Source: Aulosira sp. ZfuCHP01 (lineage in GTDB: Bacteria; Cyanobacteriota; Cyanobacteriia; Cyanobacteriales; Nostocaceae). From it: a stretch of 64,000 bases of DNA. Both the position numbers and the translations under genes were made by a program. Position 1 is the stretch's first letter, and each line of letters opens with the position of its first letter. Under the pieces are notes generated by a model. The model was not told where the DNA came from. It ran no database searches and worked only from the letters and a program-made list of their open reading frames with translations. The stretch lies in NCBI GenBank assembly GCA_034530575.1, contig JAVRCU010000042.1:6648-70647 (forward strand), written 5' to 3'. Of the stretch, positions 10,567 to 21,547 are shown in pieces.

Positions 10567-11451
10567 ATGATGATACGTAATTTGAAATTCCTCCTTGCTA
10601 CTACAGCCGTCAGCATTAGTATCCTAACTTTGTCTGGTCAACAGGCAAGTGCTGGACAACTATACAACGGCTGGAACTATGGTATTGACGCGGTTGGAGA
10701 TGGCTCTGGTGGTGACATCTTTGATATTAAAGGTATGGCCATCAAAGATTCCGGCGACAAAATTTATGTCGCTCTGACGGGTGCAATGCCTTTAGAAGGC
10801 ACTACCCATAAAGTTCATATTGGTTGGAGTGACTTGTTCTTTAATTTCTCCGGTCAAGATTTTCAAACAGCTAGCCAAACAGGTCAACTTTTTGGTGTTA
10901 GGTTTGCCGACTATGACAACAGCCTGGCAACTGGAGTTTACCAAGGAGTCACAGCTAAGAGTACCACCAATGAGCATGATGGTCAGAGCAGTTTGAAGCG
11001 TTACTATGACAAAGGCTCGGGTATGCCTAATACCCAAGGTACAGACTTAGCAACCGAACAAGCTGTCTACAACTACTATTATCAATCTGCGATCGCGAGT
11101 AACCCTACCACAAACAATACATCTATCCTAAATGCGATCGCTTCAGGTACAAAAGTTGGAAATATCTCCATGCTTGGTAGTCAAGATTTGACAGATGCTG
11201 GGCTAGATTTTTCTCACTTCTCTGCGCTAGGAAACCATACCATTGGCTTTTCTTTGGATAAAGATTTGTTAGGTAGTGGTAATTATTTCAGTAATATATT
11301 TTTGGAATGTGGCAATGATGCAATTGCACTCAAGGGAAATATTCAGTCTCAGTCTGTACCAGAATCATCAGGAGCAATTGGTTTGCTTGTAGCGGGTTTA
11401 ACTTTCGTCATCGGCCAGCAACATCAACTTCGGAGAAAGCAGGATATATAG
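10567..11451 (+). CDS. PEP-CTERM (exosortase-sorted) secreted protein
   Basis: There is an N-terminal signal peptide. The C-terminal VPESSGAIGLLVAGLTFVIGQQHQLRRKQDI reads as a (V)PE(P) motif followed by a transmembrane helix and an Arg/Lys cluster, which is the PEP-CTERM architecture. Confidence 0.6.
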   Translation: MMIRNLKFLLATTAVSISILTLSGQQASAGQLYNGWNYGIDAVGDGSGGDIFDIKGMAIKDSGDKIYVALTGAMPLEGTTHKVHIGWSDLFFNFSGQDFQTASQTGQLFGVRFADYDNSLATGVYQGVTAKSTTNEHDGQSSLKRYYDKGSGMPNTQGTDLATEQAVYNYYYQSAIASNPTTNNTSILNAIASGTKVGNISMLGSQDLTDAGLDFSHFSALGNHTIGFSLDKDLLGSGNYFSNIFLECGNDAIALKGNIQSQSVPESSGAIGLLVAGLTFVIGQQHQLRRKQDI

Positions 11452-11735
11452 CACTGAGGTTTCTCATACTTCAAAAATGAGTTTACATCATCTCTCTTTT
11501 ATCTATGCATGGTTAAGACATTAAAGGTGCATCTAATTCTCTTAGCAATCTGCAATAGCTTGTTTTTTCGTGGGCGTTGGGATCGCTGTAATACCTGTGA
11601 AACTTCTCCTCATCCTCCAACAGAGTAGAGGAGATTTTAGTGTGAGCCAAAAACACGGTGAATTTAATTTTAAAAGAGATGGGATCAAACTGTAAGATAA
11701 GGCTGAACATATTGTAAGTAATTGGCTGCTGGGCA

Positions 11736-12485
11736 ATGAAATTTCTCGGCATTGATTTAGGTTGGAAATCGCAACCAAGTGGACTATGCTGCTTAGAATT
11801 AATAGATGGAGAATTAGAGATTATTGATTTAGATCGTAAAGAAGCGATCGCAGATATTCTCACCTGGATCGATACTTGCATACACCCAGATGCACCAGCA
11901 ATCATCGCTGTAGATGCACCGACCCTCATCCCTAACGCTAGCGGGAGTCGCCTACCAGACAAACTCAGCCATAAACACTTTGGTAAATATCATGCTGGAT
12001 GCTACCCAGCTAATTTGGGTTTAGCCTTTGCCGAGCGCACCGTCAACTTTGGTTTAGAATTAGAATTTCGTGGTTTTGCCCACGCACCAACCATAAAACC
12101 CCAAACACTCGGCAGATATCAAATAGAAGTTTTTCCCCATCCAGCAATAGTTCATTTATTCAATTTAGAACGCATCCTCAAATACAAAAAAGGACGCTTG
12201 CGCGAGCGTCGCTTAGAATTAATCAGACTCTACAATTATATTGTTGATATCCTGCCCACCCTCCAACCACCTCTGCGTTCTCTGCGCCTTGGCGGTTCGT
12301 TTATCCCGGAAATTCCCAACACAGGTGCAGCACTCAAAGCCGTTGAAGATAGGCTAGATAGCCTGATTTGTGCTTATGTGGCTGCACACTGGTGGTATTG
12401 GGGCGAACAACGTAACTTAGTATTAGGCGATCGCACTACTGGTTACATTGTTATCCCCCAAAGAATTTTAGATTTTAGATTTTAG
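11736..12485 (+). CDS. DUF429 family protein (predicted RNase H-like fold)
   Basis: The N-terminal MKFLGIDLGWKSQP...IAVDAPT is the characteristic start of DUF429 proteins. Confidence 0.6.
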   Translation: MKFLGIDLGWKSQPSGLCCLELIDGELEIIDLDRKEAIADILTWIDTCIHPDAPAIIAVDAPTLIPNASGSRLPDKLSHKHFGKYHAGCYPANLGLAFAERTVNFGLELEFRGFAHAPTIKPQTLGRYQIEVFPHPAIVHLFNLERILKYKKGRLRERRLELIRLYNYIVDILPTLQPPLRSLRLGGSFIPEIPNTGAALKAVEDRLDSLICAYVAAHWWYWGEQRNLVLGDRTTGYIVIPQRILDFRF

Positions 12486-12522
12486 ATTTTGGATTACTAA
12501 TCTAAAATCCGTCTTGGAAAGT

Positions 12523-12549
12523 TCTGAGCGCCGGCTTCCGGCGCTCAGA
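12523..12549. terminator. Bidirectional intrinsic terminator hairpin between convergent genes
   Basis: TCTGAGCGCCGG-CTT-CCGGCGCTCAGA is a perfect 12-bp GC-rich stem with a 3-nt loop, flanked by T/A runs. It sits between the stops of the DUF429 gene (+) and glgP (-). Confidence 0.6.
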
Positions 12550-12573
12550 CTTTCCGCAAAATCCAAAATTGAC

Positions 12574-15156
12574 TTACTCAGCCCAAGCAATCAACCTTGG
12601 CTCATAAGCATTAGAGAGGTATGGGTGTTTCGGTAATACGCGCAAAGACAAACCTTGTAAACCAGAGGTTGTGTAAATGACATTAGCCGTGTAAACACTT
12701 AAACCTTGTGTATCCTCGCCTTGGTAATCCATGACAACAGGAGTAGCGTTAACTATCTCACCATTGGCATCAATTGTGCCTTGGTATAGTTCCACTTGCA
12801 CATCGTTGTTTGTCAATGTTGCCAAATCTACCTTGGCTTTGACAGCGACGGTTTGGTTGACTTCAATATCTGCTGCTGCTGACACGTCAACATCTTTGAT
12901 TTTGATGTTAAACCAGTGGTCGCTGAGTTTGGCTTTCCACTCGGCTAATTCTTTCGCTGGGGCGTAGTTATCAGCAGTGAGAGTGTGATAGCGATCGCTA
13001 GCAGGGAAATAAGCTCGTTGGGCATATTCTCGCACCATCCGGGCTGTGTTGAAGAACGGACAATTCAAGCGAATCGCATCCTTCATTTTGGCAACCCAGT
13101 GACGAGGTAAACCATCAGCATCCCGATGATCGTAAAATAGCGGCGCAACTTCCTTCTCTAAGATATCGTAGAGAGCGTTGGCTTCTACCTCATCTTGATA
13201 GTTGGGATCTTCGTAATTTTCTCCATGTCCAATCGCCCAACCAGTGCGGACATAATCAGCTTCATCCCACCAGCCATCGAGGACGCTTAAATTAGGTAAG
13301 CCGTTCATTGCAGCTTTCATTCCACTAGTACCAGAGGCTTCTCTAGGACGACGTGGCGTATTTAACCAGATATCACAACCAGCCACCATCAAACGAGATA
13401 TGTGAATGTCGTAATTGGGAACAAACACCACTTGTTTTTCTAAATGTTGCTCGCGGATGAAATGATTAATTTCACGGATGAGTTCTTTACCGGGAATATC
13501 TTTCGGGTGTGCTTTACCTGCAATCACAAATTGCACTTTCCGGTTTTTATTACCAAGTAAAATCTTTCTGATGCGTTCTAGATCGCGCATCCAGAGAGTA
13601 GCACGCTTGTAGGTAGCAAAACGCCGTGCAAAACCAATGGTTAAAACGTTTGGATCTAAAACTTCTTGAGCTTGAGCAATTTCCGAAGCCGAAGCACCGC
13701 GATCGCGTAAATGTTTTACCAAATGCTCGCGCACATACAAAATCATATCCAAGCGACAGCGTTCGTGATTGCGCCACAACTCCTCATCGGGGATAGAGTC
13801 CATCCTCTCCCACAATTGGTTATCTGGTGGTGCTGATGACCAATTTGGCCCTAGGTAACGGTCATACAATTCCTGAGTGGATTTTGCCACACAACTACGG
13901 GCATGGACACCATTGGTAATTGCTGCGATCGGTACTTCCTCTACAGGTACTTTCTTCCACAATCCCTGGAACATCTGCCGTGAAACCACACCATGCAGTT
14001 GCGCCACGCCATTAGAAAATGTTGCCATCTTCAGCGCTAACACCGCCATACTGAAGGGTGCAGATAAATCACCTGTATTTTCACGCCCCAGCCCTAAAAA
14101 TTGTTCCTCTGGCAAGCCAAAGATAGCTGCATAATATTTCAGGTAGTCCAAAATTTTCTGCGGCGGGAACAAGTCAATCCCCGCTGGGACAGGCGTGTGG
14201 GTAGTGAAAATATTACTGGATGCTACCACCTGTTTAGCATCAGCGTAACTCAGCCCTTCTTCTTGAATCAACATCCGGATGCGCTCTAGGGCTGAGAAGG
14301 CTGCGTGACCTTCATTCATGTGGTAAGCAGTAACTTTATACCCCAAAGCTTTTAACATCTGGACACCACCGATACCCAGCATGATTTCCTGGTGGATACG
14401 CATATCAATGTCGCCACCATACAGCTGATCTGTGATGTCATGGTCGTAAGGGTTGTTGGGTTCAATGTTAGTATCCAACAAATACAGTGGTACTGTTCCC
14501 ACCTGTACCCGCCAAACCCTAGCGTACACCTTGCGACCTGGGTACTCTACGGCGATGCGTAATTCTGTACCATCAGAATTACGCTCCAGGTGTAAAGGCA
14601 TATTGTAGAAATCGTTGATTGGATAGCGTTCTTGCTGCCAACCATCAGCATTGAGATACTGGGCAAAGTAACCTTGTTGGTAAAGTAAGCCAACACCAAC
14701 CAAGGGTAATCCCAGATCGCTAGCAGATTTGAGGTGATCGCCCGCCAGAACACCCAAACCGCCAGAATAAACAGGTAGACAATCTACTAATCCAAATTCA
14801 GCAGAAAAATAAGCGTAGCATTCTTTAGGTTTTTGGCTGCGCTGTTTCTGATACCAGGAGCGCTCTTGTAGATAATCTTCTAGCTGGCGCGCGGCTCTAT
14901 CCATTTGCGCCAAGAAGCCTTCATCTTCTACAACTTCTAACAGTCGCCCTTGGCTGATAGTACCCAGCATTAAAACTGGGTTATGGTGGCTAGACTCCCA
15001 CAAGTCGGGATCTAAGCGGCGAAATAAATCTTTGCTCTCAACGTTCCAATCCCAGTGCAAGTTATATGCCAGCCGCCGCAGCGGTTCGAGTCGCGGCGGA
15101 AGAGAAGGAGAGACGTTAAATGTACGAATTGGCTGCATAGGTTGGCAAAACTCCAA
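12574..15156 (-). CDS. glgP: Alpha-glucan (glycogen/maltodextrin) phosphorylase, GlgP family with an N-terminal DUF3417
   Basis: The 860-aa protein has the conserved N-terminal RLAYNLHWDW, EFGL...GGLGVLAGD and the GT35 PLP-binding region (TNGVH...). Its length and the DUF3417 N-terminus fit the bacterial alpha-glucan phosphorylase family. Confidence 0.9.
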   Translation of the reverse strand: MEFCQPMQPIRTFNVSPSLPPRLEPLRRLAYNLHWDWNVESKDLFRRLDPDLWESSHHNPVLMLGTISQGRLLEVVEDEGFLAQMDRAARQLEDYLQERSWYQKQRSQKPKECYAYFSAEFGLVDCLPVYSGGLGVLAGDHLKSASDLGLPLVGVGLLYQQGYFAQYLNADGWQQERYPINDFYNMPLHLERNSDGTELRIAVEYPGRKVYARVWRVQVGTVPLYLLDTNIEPNNPYDHDITDQLYGGDIDMRIHQEIMLGIGGVQMLKALGYKVTAYHMNEGHAAFSALERIRMLIQEEGLSYADAKQVVASSNIFTTHTPVPAGIDLFPPQKILDYLKYYAAIFGLPEEQFLGLGRENTGDLSAPFSMAVLALKMATFSNGVAQLHGVVSRQMFQGLWKKVPVEEVPIAAITNGVHARSCVAKSTQELYDRYLGPNWSSAPPDNQLWERMDSIPDEELWRNHERCRLDMILYVREHLVKHLRDRGASASEIAQAQEVLDPNVLTIGFARRFATYKRATLWMRDLERIRKILLGNKNRKVQFVIAGKAHPKDIPGKELIREINHFIREQHLEKQVVFVPNYDIHISRLMVAGCDIWLNTPRRPREASGTSGMKAAMNGLPNLSVLDGWWDEADYVRTGWAIGHGENYEDPNYQDEVEANALYDILEKEVAPLFYDHRDADGLPRHWVAKMKDAIRLNCPFFNTARMVREYAQRAYFPASDRYHTLTADNYAPAKELAEWKAKLSDHWFNIKIKDVDVSAAADIEVNQTVAVKAKVDLATLTNNDVQVELYQGTIDANGEIVNATPVVMDYQGEDTQGLSVYTANVIYTTSGLQGLSLRVLPKHPYLSNAYEPRLIAWAE

Positions 15157-15776
15157 GTTTAGCTAAGGTTATTTTTTACTGTCTTTACCCAATGTTGCCA
15201 ATTCTTTATACTATGTTTGTAAGAATGCTATGACTTTGTTAAGCATTGAGAATCATTCTTGTCAGCGTTGCTAGAGTTTACACCAAGACCATTTCCTATG
15301 TTAATCGGTCTTCTGAAATCTGTGCTTGGTATTGTAAAACTTAACTATTGACTGTGATTTTCTGCTCAATTATAAAATTATCTGTGTGTATTAAATTTTT
15401 TCAGTATTTATATTTATTTTAGATTTAATTACTAGCTGGATAATAACTGGTAAGAACCTCTCTAGAAGCTTTATTCAAGGTTTTGACTCCATATGAAAAA
15501 AATCGGCCATGAGTTCAAACCAGATTTCTATTTTTAATGCTTTTTTAATAATCTTTGCTGAGGATTTCTAGTAATTCAAGAACGAAAATCCTGTACTGTA
15601 GCATATCGCCAATCATCTAAGTAACCATCATGAACTGCGTACACAGGACAGATAAAAAATTTTTTCATTTTTCATTTGTTGCTAGACAGTAGGCAAGTTT
15701 ATTAGTTACCTCTCCCTTCCCTTGTCTTTCCTTGCACCCTTACCCTAAACGCGATGAGATATTTTTTGACAGCCTC

Positions 15777-16091
15777 TCATGCACCTAAGTAAGAAGAATC
15801 TTTGCTGTTTTTTGGCATTGTCAAAGCCATAGCTGCGACACAAGCCAGCTCGGCTGCAACTTGATAGGCAAGTTTGATATTTGATGCAGCATCTTTAGCT
15901 GTACTGGAACGGGAAGCTTTTGGACTACGTGGTTCCTGCTTGACATCACCCGCCACTACAGCTCGCTGCAAAATGATGTATGCATCTAAGTCTTCTGAGT
16001 CATAATCACTTTGCAGCAGCAATCGGATCTGATTTTGGGCTGCGACACTCAAATAGCCAGTATTTAAAGCTTGTTGAACAATTTCTTTCAT
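15777..16091 (-). CDS. Hypothetical small protein (104 aa)
   Basis: The ORF has clearly higher GC than its roughly 600-bp AT-rich flanks on each side. No motif was recognised. Confidence 0.4.
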   Translation of the reverse strand: MKEIVQQALNTGYLSVAAQNQIRLLLQSDYDSEDLDAYIILQRAVVAGDVKQEPRSPKASRSSTAKDAASNIKLAYQVAAELACVAAMALTMPKNSKDSSYLGA

Positions 16092-16718
16092 AAAAGGCCT
16101 GCTTCTTAAACTAAGTGTGAGACTCGAAAGCGATACCTAAGTTTGGGCAATCGCACTTTTCCAATAGTGGAGTAAATTTGCTTGATAAAGTATGTCTTAG
16201 TTTTATACAAAATTTATAATGGACAGGGTTCAGCACACATCACCCGAATGGGTTATCTGAAAGGGTGATTTACAAATTGTTAGGAATCAACCATCAGAAA
16301 ATTATCAGATATGAATTATATTTTGAAGAATTATTTAAACTAGATAGTTAGAGCAGCATACTCTAGAGATTCGTTGCAAGAAATCCGTCATAGCAGTCTG
16401 GGAAGTGCTTACGTGTTTGCACAGATGGTGAACTCTAATGTAATGGCTGAAGTAGGGGATACTCCACCATAATTTTACTTGGAAATACCAAGAATCATTA
16501 AACAATAAATACATTTGAATATAAATGTCAAAACTTTTAGCCTTTGAACTAGAGACATAAAAAAGTATTTTTGTTAGCAGCAAGCTTGTTAAATTGAGTA
16601 TTTGGCTAAGGTTTAAACTAACTTAATTGCAATTTAATGAATTACGTTTTGGGAGCTTTACGCATCACGAGTCATAATTATCTGGAAAGAAAAATACTGA
16701 TTTGCAATTGTTAAAAAT

Positions 16719-19112
16719 TTAGCGTTCATAGCTAGCATTGAGGTTAGCAATAATCGTAATTAACTCAGCTGGATCTACTGGCTTAGGAATGTGCCTTTGA
16801 AAGCCTGCTTTTAATGCTTGATTACAGTCTTCGTTAGATGCGTAAGCTGTAAGTGCGATCGCCGGAATTTGTTTGATGCCAGGAGATTCTATAACTCTGA
16901 CTCTGCGAATAAAATTATACCCATCTTCTCCTGGCATTCCGATATCACTGAGCAAGATATGTGGTTGGAAGTGTTCTAAGCGCTCTAAAGCTTCTGTTGC
17001 TGAAGCTGAAGCTAAAGCGATCGCTCCATGCTGCTCTAAGATAAACACCAGAAAATCCCGTGCATCAACATCATCATCAACAACCAGTACCTTTACCCCG
17101 TTGATGTTTGGCAGACTGTTTAACGATTTATTTATCTGATTTTTTACTGGCTGTTGCTTCAGCAAGGGGAATTTGACTGTGAAAGTAGCTCCTTGTCCCT
17201 CTCCTAAACTTTCTGCCGCAACAGTACCGCCATGCACTTCTACCAAGTGGCGCACAATCGCTAAACCTAGCCCCAATCCGCCATAATTTCGGCTAATCGA
17301 AGCATCAGCTTGGCGGAAATAGTCGAACACATAAGGTAGAAATTCAGAGCTAATTCCTTTACCTGTATCGCTCACTTGAATTTGCGCCTGCGAGTCTACA
17401 GCAGTTAGTCGAATTTCCACTCTTCCTCCTGGGGATGTGAACTTAATGGCGTTAGATAGCAAATTCCACACAATCTGTTGTAAGCGATTTGAATCACCTG
17501 AGATCGTGCCGATATTAGATTCAATCACAGGCACAATCTGAATCGATTTAGCTTCTGCAGCCAAGCGCATAGTCTCGATCGCTGCTGAAATCGGTAATGC
17601 TGGGTTGATGGGAAAGGCATTCAGGCTGATATTACCTCTGAGGATGCGAGAAACATCTAGCAAATCTTCAATGAGTTGAGTTTGTAATTTGGCATTGCGC
17701 TCAATAGTTTCTAAAGCACGCATAGTAATGTCTTGATTCAACTTCCCAGAGCGCAAGACTTGTGCCCAACCAAGAATCGCATTTAGAGGCGATCGCAATT
17801 CATGGGAGAGCATTGCTAAAAACTCATCCTTGACTCGATTGGCTCGTTGAGATTCTTCGTAGAGATGGGCATTATTGATTGCTAATGATGCCATCTGAGT
17901 TAATTGCACCAGAATAGTTTCGTCGTCTTCTGTAAATTCACCTTCATATTTGTCAGAAAGCTGAATCAGACCAATCTTTTTGCCGTTAGCATGAATAAGT
18001 GGTGCTGCTAGCCAACCGCGCATTGGTAAAGACTGACAAAATTCTTTAGCAAATCCACTCCAAATGGGATGAGACTCTAGTTCAGCCTGACTCATTCGGA
18101 TCGAGCCTTGTAGACGACAAATCAGTTGAGAAACAACAGCACTATCTGGTTTGTGCTGGTAATTCTGCTGATGTGCGTACTTGTTTGAGAGAGACACTGC
18201 ATGAATCGCCTGTGCCGAGTTTTCATCTATCGTTATACTAGTGGCTGATTGATGCGCTCCGATGGTTTCCCGGGACTGTTCAGTCAGTAATTGCAGCCTT
18301 TCTTTGAGCGATAGCGTTGAGTTGATGGTGAGAGATATCTCAGCTAGCCTTTGCAATCGATATGTATGTTGCTGTGCTTGGATCAGATGCTGAGTGCGTT
18401 CTTCCTCTGCTTGCTTGCGATCGCTGATATCTCTAAAGTACAGTGCCAGCCCATTTGCGGAAGGATAAGCATGAATTTCCAGCCAAATGCCAATAGAATG
18501 TGCAAAATCTTCAAACACCAGAGTAGTCTGTTCATTCACAGCACGATGCAATTCTTGGTAAGCCAAATCTCCAAATACATGGGGAAATACTTCTTCCCAT
18601 ACCTGCTTTCCAATTAGCTCGTCGCGGGTTTTGTGTAATAGCCTCAGAGCTTGTTCATTAATATAAATGCAGCACCACTGATTGTTAAAAGAAATAAAAG
18701 CATCAGTGATACTTTCCAAGATGTTGGTGACTTCTTTGCGTGCCGCTTCTGCTTTGACTAAACTAGCTTGAGAGCGGTTTCTAGCTATCCTCAGTTCTGT
18801 ATTCAGCGAATTAATCAAAACTGAAACAAATACAAATACAAATAGCTGGGTGATATTTTCCCAACTGGTGGGCGTGACAGAGTAAATCGGAGGTATAAAG
18901 AAAAAATCGCTCACTAATACTGCCAAGATTGTCGCTAGTAATCCTGGTTTGAATCCACCATACCAATTACTGACAGCTACCGCAGCAAAAAATATTACCA
19001 ATCTGCTCTTGTCGAGAACGGGCTGCAAGATGAGAGTTAGTATTAGTGCTAATAACACACTGAATACAGCCATGCCGTAATGCAAAATCCGCTGATATCT
19101 GATGCTCAACAT
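16719..19112 (-). CDS. Hybrid sensor histidine kinase / response regulator (membrane domain, PAS, GAF, HisKA, HATPase_c, REC)
   Basis: It has N-terminal transmembrane helices, a PAS-like region, a GAF-like region, the H-box LAMLSHELRSPLNAILGW, N/G boxes (NLLSNAIKFT, DTGKGI, GGLGLGLAIV) and a C-terminal receiver with VLVVDDD...D...K. Confidence 0.9.
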   Translation of the reverse strand: MLSIRYQRILHYGMAVFSVLLALILTLILQPVLDKSRLVIFFAAVAVSNWYGGFKPGLLATILAVLVSDFFFIPPIYSVTPTSWENITQLFVFVFVSVLINSLNTELRIARNRSQASLVKAEAARKEVTNILESITDAFISFNNQWCCIYINEQALRLLHKTRDELIGKQVWEEVFPHVFGDLAYQELHRAVNEQTTLVFEDFAHSIGIWLEIHAYPSANGLALYFRDISDRKQAEEERTQHLIQAQQHTYRLQRLAEISLTINSTLSLKERLQLLTEQSRETIGAHQSATSITIDENSAQAIHAVSLSNKYAHQQNYQHKPDSAVVSQLICRLQGSIRMSQAELESHPIWSGFAKEFCQSLPMRGWLAAPLIHANGKKIGLIQLSDKYEGEFTEDDETILVQLTQMASLAINNAHLYEESQRANRVKDEFLAMLSHELRSPLNAILGWAQVLRSGKLNQDITMRALETIERNAKLQTQLIEDLLDVSRILRGNISLNAFPINPALPISAAIETMRLAAEAKSIQIVPVIESNIGTISGDSNRLQQIVWNLLSNAIKFTSPGGRVEIRLTAVDSQAQIQVSDTGKGISSEFLPYVFDYFRQADASISRNYGGLGLGLAIVRHLVEVHGGTVAAESLGEGQGATFTVKFPLLKQQPVKNQINKSLNSLPNINGVKVLVVDDDVDARDFLVFILEQHGAIALASASATEALERLEHFQPHILLSDIGMPGEDGYNFIRRVRVIESPGIKQIPAIALTAYASNEDCNQALKAGFQRHIPKPVDPAELITIIANLNASYER

Positions 19113-19455
19113 TTTCCGTTTTCGCTGTTATGAGAAACGCTGTAAAAAATTGTTAAATTTCCCTATCATAAATGATATTTAGGTAATTTAAATGCTGATA
19201 AGACAACTAATTTTACTATTTAAAACTAACTAAAACATAAGTATTTTATAAATGACATATTTACGTCATAAGTTAGCCATTAAATTGCCACATATACTAG
19301 TTAATTTATAAATGTTTTCTTAATTTAATTATTGAAATATGGCATAATTGGCTTTTTAGATTTTTAGAGCGATGTCATTTATCTTTAAAGTGATTACAGC
19401 AGAAGTTTTTATACTTTGAGTTGAAAGCTGAGGATTTTTACTTCCTAAGATTTAA

Positions 19456-19830
19456 ATGCGCTATCAGAAAAATAGTAGATTTCCAATCTTTGCTAGTTGG
19501 ATATTTCAAAATTTAGTGGAAAAAGCTAATTTGCAGCCAAAACAATCAAAAGAGCCGTTGTCATACCACATTTTACCAACAGCTTCAACAATGATTGGTG
19601 TATGTATAACGGTGATTACGTTTTTGCGGACAATCAATTTCCAAATGAACACTTATGCTGATGATATATTAGGGGTTGATACCCTTATATTCATTACTTC
19701 TTGCTTTTTATCTTATATATCTATCAGAAACAATAATAATAGAAAGTTTGAATTAATTGCAGACAACCTATTTTTAGTAGGTATGTCTATTATGGTTTTT
19801 GTCGGCTTATTAATATTACATTTAAAATAG
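19456..19830 (+). CDS. Hypothetical small membrane protein
   Basis: It has three predicted transmembrane helices and very low GC. Coding status is uncertain. Confidence 0.3.
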   Translation: MRYQKNSRFPIFASWIFQNLVEKANLQPKQSKEPLSYHILPTASTMIGVCITVITFLRTINFQMNTYADDILGVDTLIFITSCFLSYISIRNNNNRKFELIADNLFLVGMSIMVFVGLLILHLK

Positions 19831-20050
19831 GAAATTCAACTGAACTAAGTAAAGTTTTGTAGCCCATACTTTCAGATTGATCAGTTGTAGGAAGTCAACA
19901 AGTCTATAGCTTTCCGAATTATCCGAAAAATAGAGATACATTGACTAAATATCGGGCTTACATCCTGAGAGGCTCCCAATTTTCCCAGAACACAGATTTT
20001 GATCTCACGTAGAAAGCAGTCTGAATAAAAAAGTATTTTAACTTAACTTA

Positions 20051-20962
20051 TTAGTTTCCAGTTTTAGGAATGGGTTGACCAAACTCAATCACTGGGGTTT
20101 CAGGAACATTAGATGGATAGTGATATTGAGGAATTGTAGGGACTGGAAAATCAGGTTTGGCAATAGAAGCAGGGTTGTTAAAGTTACCAGGTTGATTTGA
20201 GAAAATAGGTGGAGTAAGTGAAGAACTAGGTAGTTGAGATTGGTTATTAGGTGTCAGAGGCGGTACAACAACAAAAGGTTGCTGTTGGTTAGTAGGTATT
20301 GCCGGTAAGTTGTTAGATGATGGCGGTAAAGTAAAAAAAGGTGATTGTTGGTTGGTAGTTGATGGTTGGCTAATAGGTTGTTGTGGATAGTTGTATGGAA
20401 ATTGAGGTAAGTTAATAGGTTGTTGTGGATAGTTTCCTGGTTGTACAGAGTTTCTATAACCAGAGCTAAAAGGACGTAACACCCAGCGAGTAGGGTTTTT
20501 CTTAGATATAGGTTGCAATTTAACTTGATTTGGATCTAAAAAATTGCCTGATGCTAAATCCAAAACAATCCGAGTTACGCCTGCGTTTAATTGGGAAACA
20601 CGGACTCTTTGGATAGCTCCTGAATAATTTTGTTGTCTGGGAACATACCCCAATTTGGTATTAGGCAAATCTACAACAATACGCGGAGGTTGGGCTAGAT
20701 AGAAGTAATGAGGTGTTGTACTTGCTGAGAGAGAAAATTCTAGTTGCAAAACCTCTGGAGAAAACCGCCAATCATCCAGCCTAGCTAAGGGAACAGCCGG
20801 TGAGACATTGGGATAATTGGGAGCTTGTATTTGCTTCCCGACTGGATTGGCACTACTGCTACCAGCTTGTAGAGTAATTGCTATATATATGCCAAATAAG
20901 CTAATACCAAATAGCTGCTGGCAATATGGAAGAAATTGCTTAGTACTTAAATCTTGATCCAT
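20051..20962 (-). CDS. AMIN-domain protein with a Pro/Gln/Asn-rich low-complexity C-terminal tail
   Basis: After a signal or transmembrane segment, the run LQLEFSLSASTTPHYFYLAQPPRIVVDLPNTKLGY...IQRVRVSQLNAGVTRIVLDLASG matches the AMIN domain, as found in AmiC and PilQ N-termini. The remaining roughly 140 aa are repetitive PQQP/NYPQQPI tracts. Confidence 0.6.
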   Translation of the reverse strand: MDQDLSTKQFLPYCQQLFGISLFGIYIAITLQAGSSSANPVGKQIQAPNYPNVSPAVPLARLDDWRFSPEVLQLEFSLSASTTPHYFYLAQPPRIVVDLPNTKLGYVPRQQNYSGAIQRVRVSQLNAGVTRIVLDLASGNFLDPNQVKLQPISKKNPTRWVLRPFSSGYRNSVQPGNYPQQPINLPQFPYNYPQQPISQPSTTNQQSPFFTLPPSSNNLPAIPTNQQQPFVVVPPLTPNNQSQLPSSSLTPPIFSNQPGNFNNPASIAKPDFPVPTIPQYHYPSNVPETPVIEFGQPIPKTGN

Positions 20963-21018
20963 GATTTTTACTGTTTTATTTTGAGCTATTTGGCATTTTT
21001 GGAATCGTTATTAGCTAA

Positions 21019-21543
21019 TTAATGTCTTTTTTTTAGCTGCTGAGATTTATTTTGATTTTTTTGGGGTACGGCTGTAAATTTAAAATTTTTGGTGCTACCA
21101 CTCAAGGTTAATTGACCGATAAAATTTCCTTGGCCTACTAATTGCATTTGTATTCTCGCTAAGTGAACGTATGCATCTTTGGGAGAAGCAAGATTACACA
21201 AATTAGCTCTGTCAAGTTTGCCCGATAAACTCAATTCCTGATTTTTCAATATGCCTGAGAGGAAATCATTTTTAGGATTGATATTGGGTGTCTCATCATT
21301 ATTGTTTTCTGGTAAGAACGAGGCATTTATATAAATACCGGATTGTTGAATGTTAAGTATCAAATTATCTGGTTTATCACAGTTTGGTATATTGTCTGCC
21401 AAAGCGACGCGATAGCGATTGTTAATTGCAGGAGGAGCTTTGAGAGTTGTTTCTCCGTAGGCGCTGACAGTTTTAAATAACAGGAGAACTGAACCGATCG
21501 CAATACCATAAAAGGCTAAGGATTTTAAATTGAAATGATTCAT
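21019..21543 (-). CDS. Hypothetical secreted protein
   Basis: Using the internal Met (MNHFNLKSLAFYGIAIGSVLLLF) as the start gives a signal peptide and removes the overlap with the upstream antiporter. No motif was recognised. Confidence 0.4.
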   Translation of the reverse strand: MNHFNLKSLAFYGIAIGSVLLLFKTVSAYGETTLKAPPAINNRYRVALADNIPNCDKPDNLILNIQQSGIYINASFLPENNNDETPNINPKNDFLSGILKNQELSLSGKLDRANLCNLASPKDAYVHLARIQMQLVGQGNFIGQLTLSGSTKNFKFTAVPQKNQNKSQQLKKRH

Positions 21544-21547
21544 AGTT

